Of a DNA stretch of 64,000 bases, positions 44,293 through 59,319 are shown in pieces. The notes below the pieces were generated by a model that did no database searches, was not told the DNA's origin, and was given only the letters and a program-made list of their open reading frames with translations. Position 1 is the first letter of the stretch, and each line of letters opens with the position of its first letter. This DNA is from the human T2T-CHM13v2.0 reference genome, Homo sapiens: assembly GCF_009914755.1 (NCBI RefSeq), contig NC_060947.1; one strand, given 5' to 3'. The position numbers were made by a program, and so were the translations under genes.

Positions 44293-45512
44293 TGTGTGAC
44301 TTCTTTACCTAGCATAATGTTTTCAGTGTTTGTCTATGTGATAGTATATGTCAATTCTTCATTCCTTTTTTAGGCTATACAGTATTCCATTGTATGGATA
44401 TATCCCATTTTGTTTAGAATTCATCAATTGATGGACATTTGGGTTTTTCTGCTTTTGGCTATTATTAATAATACTGAACATTCATGAAAATTTGTGGACA
44501 AGTATTATGTAAGCATGTTTTCAATTCTTTTGGGTATACACCTGGAAGTGGATTGTTTGGTCATATGGTAACTCCATGTTTAGCTTTGTGAGGAACTGCA
44601 GAACTGTTTTCCCCAGGGACTGATCCATTTTAGATTCCCATCCACTGTGTATGATGGTTTCCATTTGTCTGCATTTTTCCTAATACTTGTTTTTTAACTT
44701 TAAAAAAACTGTAGCTTTCCAGTGGATGTGAAGTAATATCTCATTATGATTTAGAAGAGCATTTCTATAATGACTAATGAATTGCCTATCTTTTAATTTG
44801 CATATTTATTTTGTGTATCTTTGGAAAAATGTCTGTTCAAGTTCTTTGTCTACTTTTAAAGTGGGCTGTTGTGAGAGAATCCTTTATATATTCTGGATAC
44901 CACCTTCTTATGAGTTATATTATTTGCAAATATTTTCTCCCTTTCCGTGGATTGTCTGGTCAACTTTCTTGATAGTGTCCTTCAAGGTACAAACATTGTT
45001 AATTTTAATGAAGCCCAATTCATCTACTTTTTATTTTCATACTTGTACTTTTGGTATCATAATTAAGAAACCATTGCCTAATTCAAGGTCATAAAGATTT
45101 AGTATGTGTTTTCTTCTACAGTTTCATAGCTTTAGGCTGTATTTAGGTCTTTGATCCATTTTGAGTGATTTTTTTTTTGTCTATGGTATGGGATAGAGAC
45201 CAAATACATTATTTTTCACATGAATATCCAGTTGTCACAGAACTATTTGTTGAAAACACTATTGTTTCCCATTGAATCAGTGTAGCACCTTTGCTGAAAA
45301 TCAATTGACCATAAATTTATAGGTTTATATCTAGACTCTTATTCTATTCCATTGCTGTATATTTCTTTTTTATGACAGATCTACACTGTTTTGATTTCTG
45401 CAGCTTTGTAGTAAGTTGTTTAATTCAGTAGTGTGGGTTCTTCCCCATTGTTCTTTTCCAAAATTGTTTTGGCTATTCGAGGATTTTTGGAATTACACGT
45501 GAATTTTAGGAT

Positions 45513-45565
45513 AGACTTGTCTATTTCTGCAAAAAAGGCAGACTTGTCTATTTCTGTAAAAAAGG
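45513..45565 (+). repeat. 27 bp tandem duplication
   Basis: AGACTTGTCTATTTCTG(C/T)AAAAAAGG x2. Confidence 0.9.
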
Positions 45566-46209
45566 TATTTTGGTAGGTCATGCATTCAAATTGCAGACAA
45601 ACTTGGGGAGAATCGCCATCTCAAAAATATTAGCTTTCTAGTTCATGAAACTAGATTGGTTTTCCACTTATTTAGGTCTTCTAAAATTTTGTTCAAGAAT
45701 AGCTTGTATTTTCCAGTGTATGAGTCTTTCATTTTCTTGGTTAAATACGTTCTCTAATATTTTTATCCTTTTTGATGCTACTTTTTTGGGGGTGGTAATG
45801 GATTTTTAAACAGCCTTATTGAACTATAATTCACAAACAATACAAATCATCCATTTAAAGAGTACAGTGCAATGGTTTTTGTATATTACATTATTTTTAA
45901 AAAACAACTTGTGGCAAAATATGTGTAATATAAAAATTGCAAATTTTGCATCTTAACAATTTTAAGGTTACAATTGAGTGGCATTAAATGCATTCCCATT
46001 GTAGTATAACCATCACCACTATCAATTTCATAATTTTTTCATCTCCCCAAACAGAAAGTGTAACTATTGAGCTCCCCATTACCCTTGTCCTCCAGCACCT
46101 AGTAACCTCTATTATACTTCCCCTATATATACATTTGTTTATAAAGGATACCTCATATAAGTGGAATCATGCAATATTTGCCTTTTTGTGTCTGGCTTAT
46201 TTCACTTAG

Positions 46210-46578
<369 letters not shown>

Positions 46579-47526
46579 TAATATTTCATTGTGCCATATT
46601 TTATTGATCCATTAATCTATCAATGGGTACTTAGGTTGCTTCCACCTTTTGGTTATTGTGAATAACCACTGTTATAACTATGGGTATAAAAATACCTGTT
46701 TGAGTCCCTGCTACCAATACTTTTGGGTAAATATCCAGAAATGAAATTGGTAGATCATGTGGTAATTATACATTTGACTTGAGAAACTGCCAAGCTGTTT
46801 TCCACAGCAGCTACACTATTTTACTTCCCCACCAGTAATGCACAAGGGTTCCAATTTCTTTACATTCTCCCCAACACTTGTTATTTTCTCCTTTTTTTCT
46901 GAATAGCCATAATAGTAGCTGTGAAGTGGCATTTCATGTGGTTTTGATTTGCATTAGAATGATGTTGAGCATCTTTTCATGTGTTTATAGGAAATTTGAT
47001 ATCCTTTTTGCAGTAGTATCTGTTCAAGTCTTTGTCCATTTTTAAACTAGGCTTTTTATCTTTTTGTTGTTGAGTTGGGGACATTATTTCTATATTCTGA
47101 ACACTAGAACCACATGAGATGTATCATTTTCAAATATTTTCTCCCATTCTGTGAGTTGTCTCCTCATTTTCTTATTACTTACTGGGTACATAGTACATCA
47201 CCCCTTTGATGATGAAAGGATTTGAGGTGGTGGTTGCACAGCATTGTGAAAGTAGTAGATGCCGCTGAATTGAACCCTTGTAAATGGTGAATTGTATGTT
47301 AGGTGAAATTTCACCTTAATAAGAATAAACAAGAATACCAGCAAGGTTTAGGGAAATCCTTGTATCTACCAATGTTAAAAGAGTAAATGTAAACAAATGT
47401 TCTGCCAGGAACCCCCAGAAGTGGGAAATTCTTTCCAGCTGTTAGAGGAGAATAATGAGAGTTCAACTGTGATTGGTGTGTGATTACCTGAAGGGTTTGA
47501 TTGTTATTAAACTAATTTTTCCATCA

Positions 47527-47970
<444 letters not shown>

Positions 47971-48139
47971 TCAAATGATTGGTAAATTTCATTCCAGCTC
48001 CCATTTTTTGAGTGTCTAACTTATTAGCTGAATAGTGTAGAAAGATGCCTGGCAGCCCCAATCTTCAAGGAATTCACAGTATAATGAGAAAGAAGGAAGT
48101 ATAAAATATTCTGGGCAATAATAGACATGAAAAATTTCA

Positions 48140-48441
<302 letters not shown>

Positions 48442-48680
48442 TCACTAGTCAGTCCCACTGCAGGAGCTGTCATGACTGAGGATTTGGGCAGATGGCTATT
48501 TCTTCCTCTAAGTCAGTATGTTTGGGAAGGGTAAGAAGCTGACTCTCCATTATTCTTAAAAATAGGCATGAATCAGATTAGATTACATGTCTCCTCCTTT
48601 TCTCAGGATTTCCCTATAGCTCTGCCACTGAGCTGTGGAATCTTACCACTGGGATGAGGCCTTAAAAGTTATCTAATCCT

Positions 48681-48991
48681 GGCCAGGCGCAGTGGCTCAT
48701 GCCTGTAATCCTAGCACTTTGGGAGGCCGAGGTGAGTGGACCGCCTGAGGTCTGGGGTTCGAGACCAGCCTGGCCAACAAGGCGAAACCCCGTTTCTACT
48801 AAAAATACAAAAATAAAATAGAATAAAATAAATTTAGCTGAGCATGGTGGCATGTACCTGCAGTCCCAGCTACTCAGGAGGCTAAGGCAGGAGAATTGCT
48901 TGAACCTGGCGGGGGCAGAGGTTGCAGTTAGCTGAGATAGCACCACTTCACTCCAGCCTGGGCGAACTCCAGTTTTCTGAAACTCTGTCTC
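48681..48991 (+). mobile_element. AluS lacking a poly(A) tail
   Basis: Perfect TSD AAGTTATCTAATCCT directly abuts ...CTCTGTCTC. Confidence 0.92.
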
Positions 48992-49897
48992 AAGTTATCT
49001 AATCCTTCTGTTCATTTCATACTTGGGTCTTTGTTACCAAAAATGACCAATGGGCTTGTGTCAATTAGAAATACTAAATTACAAGTAAGAGAAAAGTCAA
49101 ATCCCTCTGGCCTAACCAATAAAAGTAGAACTGGGTTTAGAAACTATTTGTTTCAGAGGTTCAAAAATGGCACCAAAGTTAGATTTCTTTCTGCCTATGT
49201 TTTCTTGATGTCTGCTTTATTTTAACTTGGCTCTCCTTGTGGCTGAGATATGGCTGCCCACAGCTCCAAGTCTCCTCGTTTCTTTGAGCACATGAAGAGA
49301 GGGTTGCCTTTGAAATTCCTCCCAAATATGAAAGAAAAACTATTCCCAAAGTCCTGACAAAATCAACCAATGGCAGGGAATGGGACTATGCTGATTGATT
49401 TAAATAGGAATTATGCTAATTTGCTTATTTTAGAATTATAGTTCCAGGGGCGAGCCAGTGCAGGGATGTGACACTAAAGGACATGGGGCGGCCACCAAGA
49501 AAAGAGAGGTGAATATTGGGGTGGCTACCACAGGGTCTTGGCTTAGCCATTGACAACATCATGGAAACTCCCACCCTCAAAATACAATTGCCTTCCCCTG
49601 CTGGACAACTCTGTTGGTAAAGAAATATTTTCATATTTTCCATGGAATCCAACTCTGAGTTCCAATAGCTCTTCTTGACATGCTATTGCCCTCAGATAGT
49701 GGCTACTTCCTTTAATTTATTACTTTGGATGTGCCTTGCCTTCTTTCTTAGCAGTGTCTCTTCTGCCTGAGCCTTATAGATGTTTACAGCATCCAGTGAC
49801 CCCAAAACTGACTGGCTGTCACTGGAGAAATCCTTACTTTCATCCCCGAATTGAACGGAACCAAAATTTAATTGTCTTGTCTTCTCTATTGCACTTG

Positions 49898-50708
49898 AGA
49901 GGCTTCAGAGGGTGCAAGCCCCAAGCTTTGGCAGCTTCCATGTGGTGTTGAGCCTGCAAGTGCACAGAAGTCAAGAACTGGAGTTTGGGAACCTCTGCCT
50001 AGATTTCAGAGGATGTATGGAAACACCTGGATGCCCAGGCAGAAGTTTGCTGCAGGGGTAGGGCCCTCATGGAGAACCTCTGCTAGGGCAGTGCAGAAGG
50101 GAAATGTGGGGTTGGAGGCCCCACACAGAGTTGCTACTGTGGCACTGCCTAGTGGAGCTGTGAGAAGAGGGCCACCGTCCTCCAGACCTCAGAATGGTAG
50201 ATCCACTGACAGCTTGCATTGTATGCCTGGAAAAGCCGCAGACAGTCAATGCCAGCCCATGAAAGCAGCTGGGAGGGAGTCTGTACCCTGCAAAGCTACA
50301 GGGGCAGAACTGCCCAAGACCATGGGAACCCACCTCTTGTATCAGCGTGACCTGGATGTGAGACATGGAGTCAAAGGAGATCATTTTGGAGCTTTAAGAT
50401 TTGACTGCCCTGCTGAATTTTGGACCTGCATGGGCCCTGTAGCCCCTTTGTTTTGGCTAATTTCTCCCATTTGGAATAGCTGTATTTACCCAATGCCTAT
50501 ACCCCCATTATATCTATGAAGTAACGAACTTGCTTTTTATTTTGCAGGCTCATAGGTAGAAGGGATTTGCCTTGTCTCAGGTGAGACTTTGGACTGTGGA
50601 CTTTTGAGCTAATACTGAAATGAGTTAAGACTTTGGGAGACTGTTAGGAAGGCATGATTGGTTTTGAAATGTGAGGACATTTGAGATTTGGAGGGGCCAG
50701 GGGTGGAA
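49898..50708 (+). mobile_element. THE1 internal region, 3' half only
   Basis: GCTTCAGAGGGTGCAAGCCCCAAGC...; ORF 50013-50519 MYGNTWMPRQKFAAG is the MaLR internal frame; ends in PPT GAGGGGCCAGGGGTGGAA. Confidence 0.9.
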
Positions 50709-51052
50709 TGATATGGTTTGGCTGCATACTCACCCAAATCTCATCTTGAACTCCCACGTGTTGTAGGAGGGACCTGGTGAGAGGTAATTGAATCATGGGG
50801 GCAGGTCTTTCCCATGCTCTTCTTGTGAAAGTGAATAAGTCTCATGAGATCTGAGTTTTATGTAAGGGGGAGTTTCCCTGCACAAGTTCTCTTTTTGCCT
50901 ACTGCCATCCATGTAAGATGTGACTTTGCTCCTCCTTTCCACCATGATTGTGAGGCCTCCTCAGCCACGTGGAACTGTAAGTCCATTAAACCTCTTTTTC
51001 TTCCCAGTCTTGGGTTATGTCTTTATCAGCAGCATGAAAATGGACTAATACA
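50709..51052 (+). mobile_element. THE1 LTR (THE1A/B-like)
   Basis: TGATATGGTTTGG...GGACTAATACA. Confidence 0.92.
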
Positions 51053-51169
51053 CTTTCTGTTTATTTATAACTAATCTACTCCATTGTTAAACATTTATCG
51101 TATTTATGTACTTTGTTTTTCTAGCTTTTAAAAACTCACAATTTTTTCTTTTATTTCCTAGAGTAGTTG

Positions 51170-52770
51170 CTAGAATTTTTAAACTGATACATAATAATTG
51201 TACATATTTATGGGATGCATGTGATATTTTGATACATATATCCATCACCTCAAATATTTATCATTTCTTTATGTTGAGAACATTTATTCCAAATCTTTTT
51301 TAGACATTTTGAAATATACAATAAATTATTGGTAACTGTCGTCACTCTACTGTGCTATGGAACATTTGGACTTGTTCTTTCTAACTGCATTTTTTGTATC
51401 CATTAACCAACCTCTCTTCATCCCCCTTCCCTTCTCCCATTCTCAGACTCTGATAATCACCATTCTACCTTCTACCACCATGAGATTAATTTATTTAACT
51501 CCCACATATGCATGAGAACATGCAATATTTGTCTTTCTGTTCCTGGCTTATTTCACACTAGTCTGCCATCTTCTCTGTTTGCTGGGTCGTCACCGTTCTT
51601 GCTCTAACTTCTTGTCTGTTGGCATATGAGCTGTTGTGTAGTGAACAAAATGAGTTTGGACTTGGTTACAGTTCTGTGAAAAGTTACAAATCAATTTTGA
51701 TTCAAAACCATGCTGGGAACTCTTACAAGTCTTAGAGTGAAGGTCCAGATTCATTTCCAGATTCATTCATATTGCTTCAAATGACAGGATTTCATTCTTT
51801 TTTTTAATGGCTGAATAACATTCCATTGTGTATATAATATATACCACATTTTCATTATCTATTCATCTGTTGATGGGCACTTAGGTTGGTTACACATCTT
51901 GGCTATTGAGAATAATGCTGCAATCAACATGGGAGTGCAGATATCTTTTCAATATACTGATTTTCTTTCTTTTGGCGATATACCCACCAGTGGAATTGCT
52001 GGATCATATGGTTGTTCTATTTTTAGTTGTTGAGGAACCTCCATTCTGTTTTTCATAATGGCTGTGCTAATTTTCACTCCCACTGACAGTGTATGAGAGT
52101 TCCTCCTCCTCTGTACCCTCACCACCATCTGTTATTTCTTATTTTTTTGATAATAGCCATTTTGACCTGGGTGAGATGACCTCGTTGTGGCTTTGATTTG
52201 CATTTTTCTGCTGATTAATGATCTTGAACATGTTTTTATATACCTGTTGGCCATTTGTATGTCTTCTTTTGAAAATATCTATTCAAATCATTTGCCCATT
52301 TAAAAATGGGATTATTTGGGGTTTTTTTTCTGCTGTTGAGTTGAGTTCTTTATGTATTGTGGTTATTAATCCTTTCTCAGATGGATAGTTTGCAAATCTT
52401 TTCTCGCATTCTGTAGGTTGTCTCTTCAATCTGTTGATTGTTTCCTTTGCTGTGCAGAAATTTTTTAGCTTGATGTAATTCCATTTGTTTATTTTTGTTT
52501 TTATTGCTTGTGCTTTTGTGGTCTTACCTCAAATCTTTGCTCAGACCGGTGTGCTGAAGCATTTCCCCAATGTTCTCTTAAAGCAGTTTCAGTTTCAGGT
52601 CTACAGTTAAGTCTTTACTTTTGAGTTATTTTTGAGTTATTTTTGTATATGGTGAGAGATAGGGGTCTAGTTTAATTGTTTTGCAGATGAATATCCAGTT
52701 TTCCCCAGTATCACTTATTGAAGAGATTGTCCTTTCCCCAATGTATGTTCTTGGCACCTTTGTTGAAAAT
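51170..52770 (-). mobile_element. L1MA-type 3' region containing a ~180 bp templated insert
   Basis: TGATACATAATAATTGTACATATTTATGGG tail; ORF2 end. Confidence 0.88.
51556..51735 (+). repeat. Dispersed copy of 53699-53888 (LTR end plus unique flank)
   Basis: Both read ...TGCCATCTTCTC(T/C)GTTTGCTGGGTC...GGTTACAGTTCTGTGAAAAGTTACAAATC(A/T)ATTTTGATTCAAAACCATGCTGGGAACTCTTACAAGTCTTAG. Confidence 0.95.
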
Positions 52771-52936
52771 GTAAAAACTCATAATGTTTAGTAAACATTC
52801 CAGAAGCAAGGTCCATTTTATCTCATAAGGAAGATGTGAGAATTAAATGGAGGACACTTTAAAAAGTGTTTAGCATAATATCTGTATAATTTATTACATG
52901 CTCTATACATGTTCGTTCTCTTTTTACTTCTGTTTA

Positions 52937-53823
<887 letters not shown>

Positions 53824-53964
53824 GTTCTGTGAAAAGTTACAAATCTATTTTGATTCAAAACCATGCTGGGAACTCTTACAAGTCTTAGGTTTTCCCTTGG
53901 AGAGGCACCTGTTTTGAATTTCTAGAGTGTGTCTTTCCTGAACAAGATGATGGACCTGTTGTCA

Positions 53965-54081
53965 TTTTTTAGAGATGAGGTCTTGCTCTGTTGCCCAGGC
54001 TGGAGTGCAGTGTCACAATCATAGCTCATCGTAGCCTTGAACTCCTGGGCTCATACAATTCCTGTTATTGCCTCAGCCTCC
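53965..54081 (-). mobile_element. Alu monomer/fragment (FLAM/AluJ)
   Basis: TSD TGTT(G/A)TCATTTTT. Confidence 0.8.
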
Positions 54082-54883
54082 GTGTTATCATTTTTATGTT
54101 CAACAAGAGGTTCTGTACATCAGGAAAATTAAACTCTATTTGTAAAATTGGAGTCACTGGAAAAGTTCACTGCATTAAAAAATCTTGAGATTTGGAAATT
54201 ATTAGGGGAAAATTGGGGCAACCTAGATTTTTGTGACTGAATGCAGATTGTTAGAGAGAGGATGCTTCATTTCCTGAAATCTGTTTAAAAGGTGGGAGGT
54301 TGAGGAGAAATCTACCTGACAGGGTAGTTATGAGACCTAAATAAGTCAAGAGTTTAGCGTGATATATAATGGTTAGCTTCTTCTTGAACTTGAACCTACT
54401 ATAGAAAAAAAAATAAATTTTAAAAAGTTAGCTTCATTTGTAATGTACTTTTGTTTTCATATATTCTAACATTTTTATTTTGAGAATAGCAAGCTTGAAA
54501 TTATTTCTCTCAACATATTGAACTGATACTTAAACCCATATATATCCAGTGCTGTCTAACTGCAATAATGATTTTAAAGTGGTTAGTATGTAATAATGTG
54601 CTGATTTTTTTTGCACGAAACACAGCATATTCTTGGTGTGTAGTATAGGCAATTATTTAGTGATTATGCAATTATATACCAGTTGTCTTGAACCAAAAAT
54701 CTTTCTGCACTTATGATAATGCTACATCTCATTGTGTTTACTTTCCTGTTTCCTCGTCGTGCATATATTATTTTTAATTTCTCACCAACCATGACTTCCT
54801 CCCTTAGATAATATTTCGTCTCTTCCTAAGTTGGAGTCTTGTACTCTAACTTTTGGATGTCTGTACTCTTGTTCTTGGGCTGT

Positions 54884-55282
54884 TGTATTAGTCCTCTCTC
54901 ATGCTGCTAATAATGGTCTCACGCTGCTAATAAAGACATACCTGAGACTGGGTAAATTATAAAGGAAAGAGGTTTAATTTATTCACAATTTAGCATGGCT
55001 GAGGAAGCCTCAGGAAACTTACAATCATGACAGAAGGGGAAGGAAACACGTTCTTCTTCACATGGCGGCAGCAAAGAGAAGTGCTGAGCAAAAGCTGGGA
55101 AAGCCCCTTATAAAACCGTTAGATCTTGTGAGAACTCGCTCACTATCATGAGAACAGCAGCATGGGGGTAACTGCCCCCATGATTCAATCACCTCCCACC
55201 AGGTCCCTCCCATGACACATGGGGATTATGGGAACTACAATTCAATATGAAATTTGGGTGGAGACACAGCCAAACCATATCA
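54884..55282 (-). mobile_element. THE1 solo LTR (THE1C/D-like)
   Basis: TGTATTAGTC...AAACCATATCA, perfect 5 bp TSD GCTGT, small internal duplication TCTCA(T/C)GCTGCTAATAA. Confidence 0.93.
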
Positions 55283-55934
55283 GCTGTTCACATGGAAATC
55301 CTCTCCACCTTTATATTTTATTCGTAAAACATTTACTGAAATTCCACTATATTCTAGTCACTGGCACTAACTGGGCAAAAGAAAAATGATCCATTATCAT
55401 TCCCTGGGCAGAAGGAGTGCTCAGTCTCATGAAAAAGACAGATTATTGTACTATAGGATAATTAACACTATAATAGGGATGGCCCAAAACGTAGTAGAGG
55501 CACAGAAGTAGAAGCAACACTTGCTTATGAAACCTTCAAGGCATATTCCATGCCACTGAAAATGATAATCTATTGTGTAATACAAAAAGCAGAGGATTTA
55601 TGGTTGGAGACATCTCCCATTTCTCTCAAGTGAATTACTCTCTCTAGGCATTAGATTTCTCATATTTAGAGCAAAAGTCTTGAACAAGATCGTGGTTTTG
55701 AAATTGTTTCATAGACTATTACTAATATGCAAATAAAGAGCTTCATGGACAAATATACTTGTGTATTACTGGGTTAAACAAAATTAAATTTATTTGTTGT
55801 TGGATTTCTGAGTTTTAATAGGTTATTGCAAATTATAAACATTTACAAAAGGAATATACTTCTTCATATATTTTTTACACCATGGAATTCTTCTATATCA
55901 GTTAGGAATTTAGTTTGCTACATAACAGTCTCAA

Positions 55935-58478
55935 GAAATAGTTTTTAAACTCTTAACCTTTAGGTCTATGCTTCATTGAGATTTTATTTTTTATATGGCA
56001 TAAAATACGGGTCTAAGTTGTGTTTTTATTGCATGAGATTATTCAGAATTTTTTATATTTATTTATTTTTTTAGAGATAAGGGTCTCTCTATGTTGCCCA
56101 GGCTGGCCTCAAATTCCTGAGCAATCCTCCCACCTCAGCCTCCCAAGTAGCTGGGACTACAGGTGTATGTCAACGTGCCTGACAAGGTTATTGAATTTTG
56201 ACAGCATTATTTGTTGAAAATGTTTTTTCTCTCATTGAATTGCCTTGTCATCTCAGTTGAAAATAAGTTCACCTTATTTGTGGGTCAGTTTCTGGACCCT
56301 TTATCCTACTCCATTGATCTATGTATTTCTCCTTCTGTCAATGCTACTCTGTCTTGATTACCTTTATAATAAATCTTGAATCAAGTAGTGTAATTCTTTT
56401 AACTTTGTCATTCTTTTTCAAAATTTTTTTGTGTATTTCAGATCCTTTGCATATCAGTTAAGAATTTTAGAATCCGCTTGTGAGTTTTATAGGGAAGTTT
56501 CCTGGGATTTTGGTTGGTATTGTGTTGAATCTATTGATCAGTTTGAGAAGAATTGACATTTTCATACTATTGAGTCTTCCAAACCGTGAGTATAGTATAT
56601 CTTCCTATTTAAGTTTTCTTTAATTTCTCTTAGTAATCTTTTATAGTTTTCAATGTGCAGATCTTGCACATTTTGCGTCACATTTATCCCTAAATATTCT
56701 ATATGTCTGATGCTGTTTTAAATATTTTTAAAATTTAAAATGTCCAGTTATTCACGGCTAATATATAAAAGTACAATTGATTCTTGTGTATTGACTTTAT
56801 ATTCTGTGACCTTACTAAGCCCACTTATTAGTTGTAGATTATTTATACAACATTCTAGAAGCTTTTCTGTTTGGACAACATGTTATCCATGAATAATGAG
56901 AGTTTATTGTTTTCCCTTTCCAATCTGAATGCCTTTTTTTCTTGCCTTATTTCATTGACTAGAATTTCTTCTATTCAGTATCATACTGACTAGAATTTCT
57001 TCTATTCAGTATCATACTGAATAGAAGTGGGATGAATGGATAGCCTTGCCTTATTACTGATGTTAGGAGAAAAGCATTCAGCCTCTCATCAGAAAGTGTG
57101 ATGTTAGCTATAGGTCTTTTGTAGTTACCTTTCTTTAGCGTATTCTATTCTTAGTTTGCTTAGTGATTTAATCAGGAATGAATGATGCATTTTTGTGAAA
57201 TGTTTTCTCTGTGTTTATAAAAATGATTATATGTTTTTTATTTATTCTTTTATTCATATAGTGAATTACAGTGATTCATTTTTGATTGTTAAATCTACTT
57301 TATATTCTTCAGATAAACCCCCATGTAGTTATGATAAATCATCCTTTTTATATAGTGTTAGATTCAATTTGCTAAAATTTTAAGAATTTTTGAGTCTTTT
57401 TGAACTGTATTAGTCTTTAGTTTTCTTTCTTGTAATGTCTTTATCTGATTTTGGTGTCAGGGTATTCTGACCTTGTAGAATGATTTGGGAAGTATTCTAT
57501 TCTCTTCTATTTTCTGGAAGATTTCATATAGAATTGTAATTATTTCTTCATTAAATGTTTGGGAAAATTTGCCAGTGAAGTCTGGGACCAAAGTTTTCTT
57601 TGCGAGAAGGTTTTTAAACTACAAATTAATATTTGACTATTGTGATTATTGATTTATTCTTGAATGAACTTTGGCACTTTTTGTATTTTAGGAAATGTGT
57701 ACATTTGTCAATTTCACCAACATCGTCAAATTTTATTGGCATACAGTTTTTTCTATGATTTGAATATTTGTCCTCCCCAAAACTGATGTTGAAATTTAAT
57801 CCCCAATTTGGCAGTATCGAGAGGTGGGTCCTTTAAGAGTTCTTTATGTATTCGAGATACTAAACCATTATCATATATATAATTTGCAAATATTCCCTCC
57901 CATTCTGTGAGTTGTTTTTTCACTTTCTTGGTAGTGTCCTTTGAGGTCCATTTAAAAAAATTGATAAAGTTTAATTTATCTATTTTTTCTTTTTTATTTA
58001 TTGTTTATAATATTCCCTTATTATCCTTTTGATGTCTGGAGGATCCATGGTGATATCTCCTTTCTTATTTCTGATATTGGTAATTTGCATCTTCTTTCTT
58101 TCTCCTGATCATTCTGGATACAGATTTTTACATTTTATTGGTCTTTTCAAAGAACCAACTTTTGATTTAATTGCTTTATCTCTGTTTTTTCCTATTTCCT
58201 ATTTTATTGATTTTTTCCCCTTACCATTATTATTTCCTTTCTTCTGCTTACTTTAAGTTAAATTTGTTATTTTTTTTTTGTTTCGTTTTTTGTTTGTTTC
58301 TTAAGAGCAAAGCTGAGGTCATTGATTTGCGGGCTTTCAGCTTTTCTAATATAGGGATTTAGTGATTTGAATACTCTTCTGAGTACTGCTTGAGCTGCAT
58401 CCCACAGCTTTAATTATGTTGCTTTTTCATTTTTCTTTTAGTTTACAATACTTTATAGTTCCCCTTTCAATTTCTTGT
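55935..58478 (-). mobile_element. Old L1M ORF2 segment with a FLAM-like Alu monomer (~56060-56185) and other small insertions
   Basis: Continuous antisense ORF2 motifs (GAGAAGAATTGACAT, GAATAGAAGTGG, GGGAAGTATTC). Confidence 0.82.
56956..57027. repeat. Perfect 31 bp tandem duplication overlapping a perfect 14 bp-arm palindrome
   Basis: TGACTAGAATTTCTTCTATTCAGTATCATAC x2; CTTCTATTCAGTAT-C-ATACTGAATAGAAG at 56999-57027. Confidence 0.95.
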
Positions 58479-58608
58479 AGCAGTGAACTTCAGGGACATG
58501 TGTGGAATATCTGTGCCCAGTGAAGGCTGTTTCAAGTCTCAAGGTCTGAGGCTCTGATGGAATGCTTAGTCATATATGCACAACTGGCCATGGCAATTGA
58601 AACTCAGG

Positions 58609-58855
58609 AGGCTGGGCGCGGTGGCTCATGCCTGTAATCCCAGCACTTTGGGAGGCCGAGGCTGGCAGATCACTTGAGGTCAGGGGTTCGAGACCAGCCC
58701 GGCCAACATGGTGAAACCCTGTCTCTGTTAAAAATACAAAAATTAGCCAGGCGTGTTGGCATGTCCCTGTAATCCTAGATGCTCGGGAGGCTGAGGCAGG
58801 AGAATCACTTGAGCCCAGGAGGCAGAGGTTGCAGTGAGCCGAGACTGTGCCACTG
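58609..58855 (+). mobile_element. AluS, 3'-truncated
   Basis: Ends abruptly at GAGACTGTGCCACTG with no tail or TSD. Confidence 0.9.
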
Positions 58856-59319
58856 ATTGTGGTCAGGACTCCAACAACGAAACCAGGTTCACATACATCA
58901 ATCTTGATGTTTGGGCAAAGCAACCCTAACAAGATGCCATGGCATGGTGCGTTACTCCAGGTGTACAGAACAAAACAGTCAATCCATCAGTGACCTAAAG
59001 AACATGCTGAAGGCTACATTCCCAAGGGGTGGCTTGGAGACATGCAAGGAGTAAGCCACCAAACATACTGTGTTAACTCCTTCTTCACAACAACCAAACA
59101 GAAGAATTCTCTATTGCTAACCACTGCCACTCTGAGGTACAGGTTAGATATGGGAGTAAGGGATGGTTAGGGATTGGGCACCATTTTGTCTACTATTACA
59201 CAAAACCAGGAGTCACTTGTTTTAATGGAAGTTACTCTTTTTTTTTCATTTAAAAATATAAAGACTGGACACCTCTGCTTTGTGTGGGCTTGCTTTCCCC
59301 CGATCACGTCAACCTTTCC

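Noticed and set aside
50013-50519. 168 aa ORF
   Set aside because: Standard THE1 internal-region frame, not a host gene.
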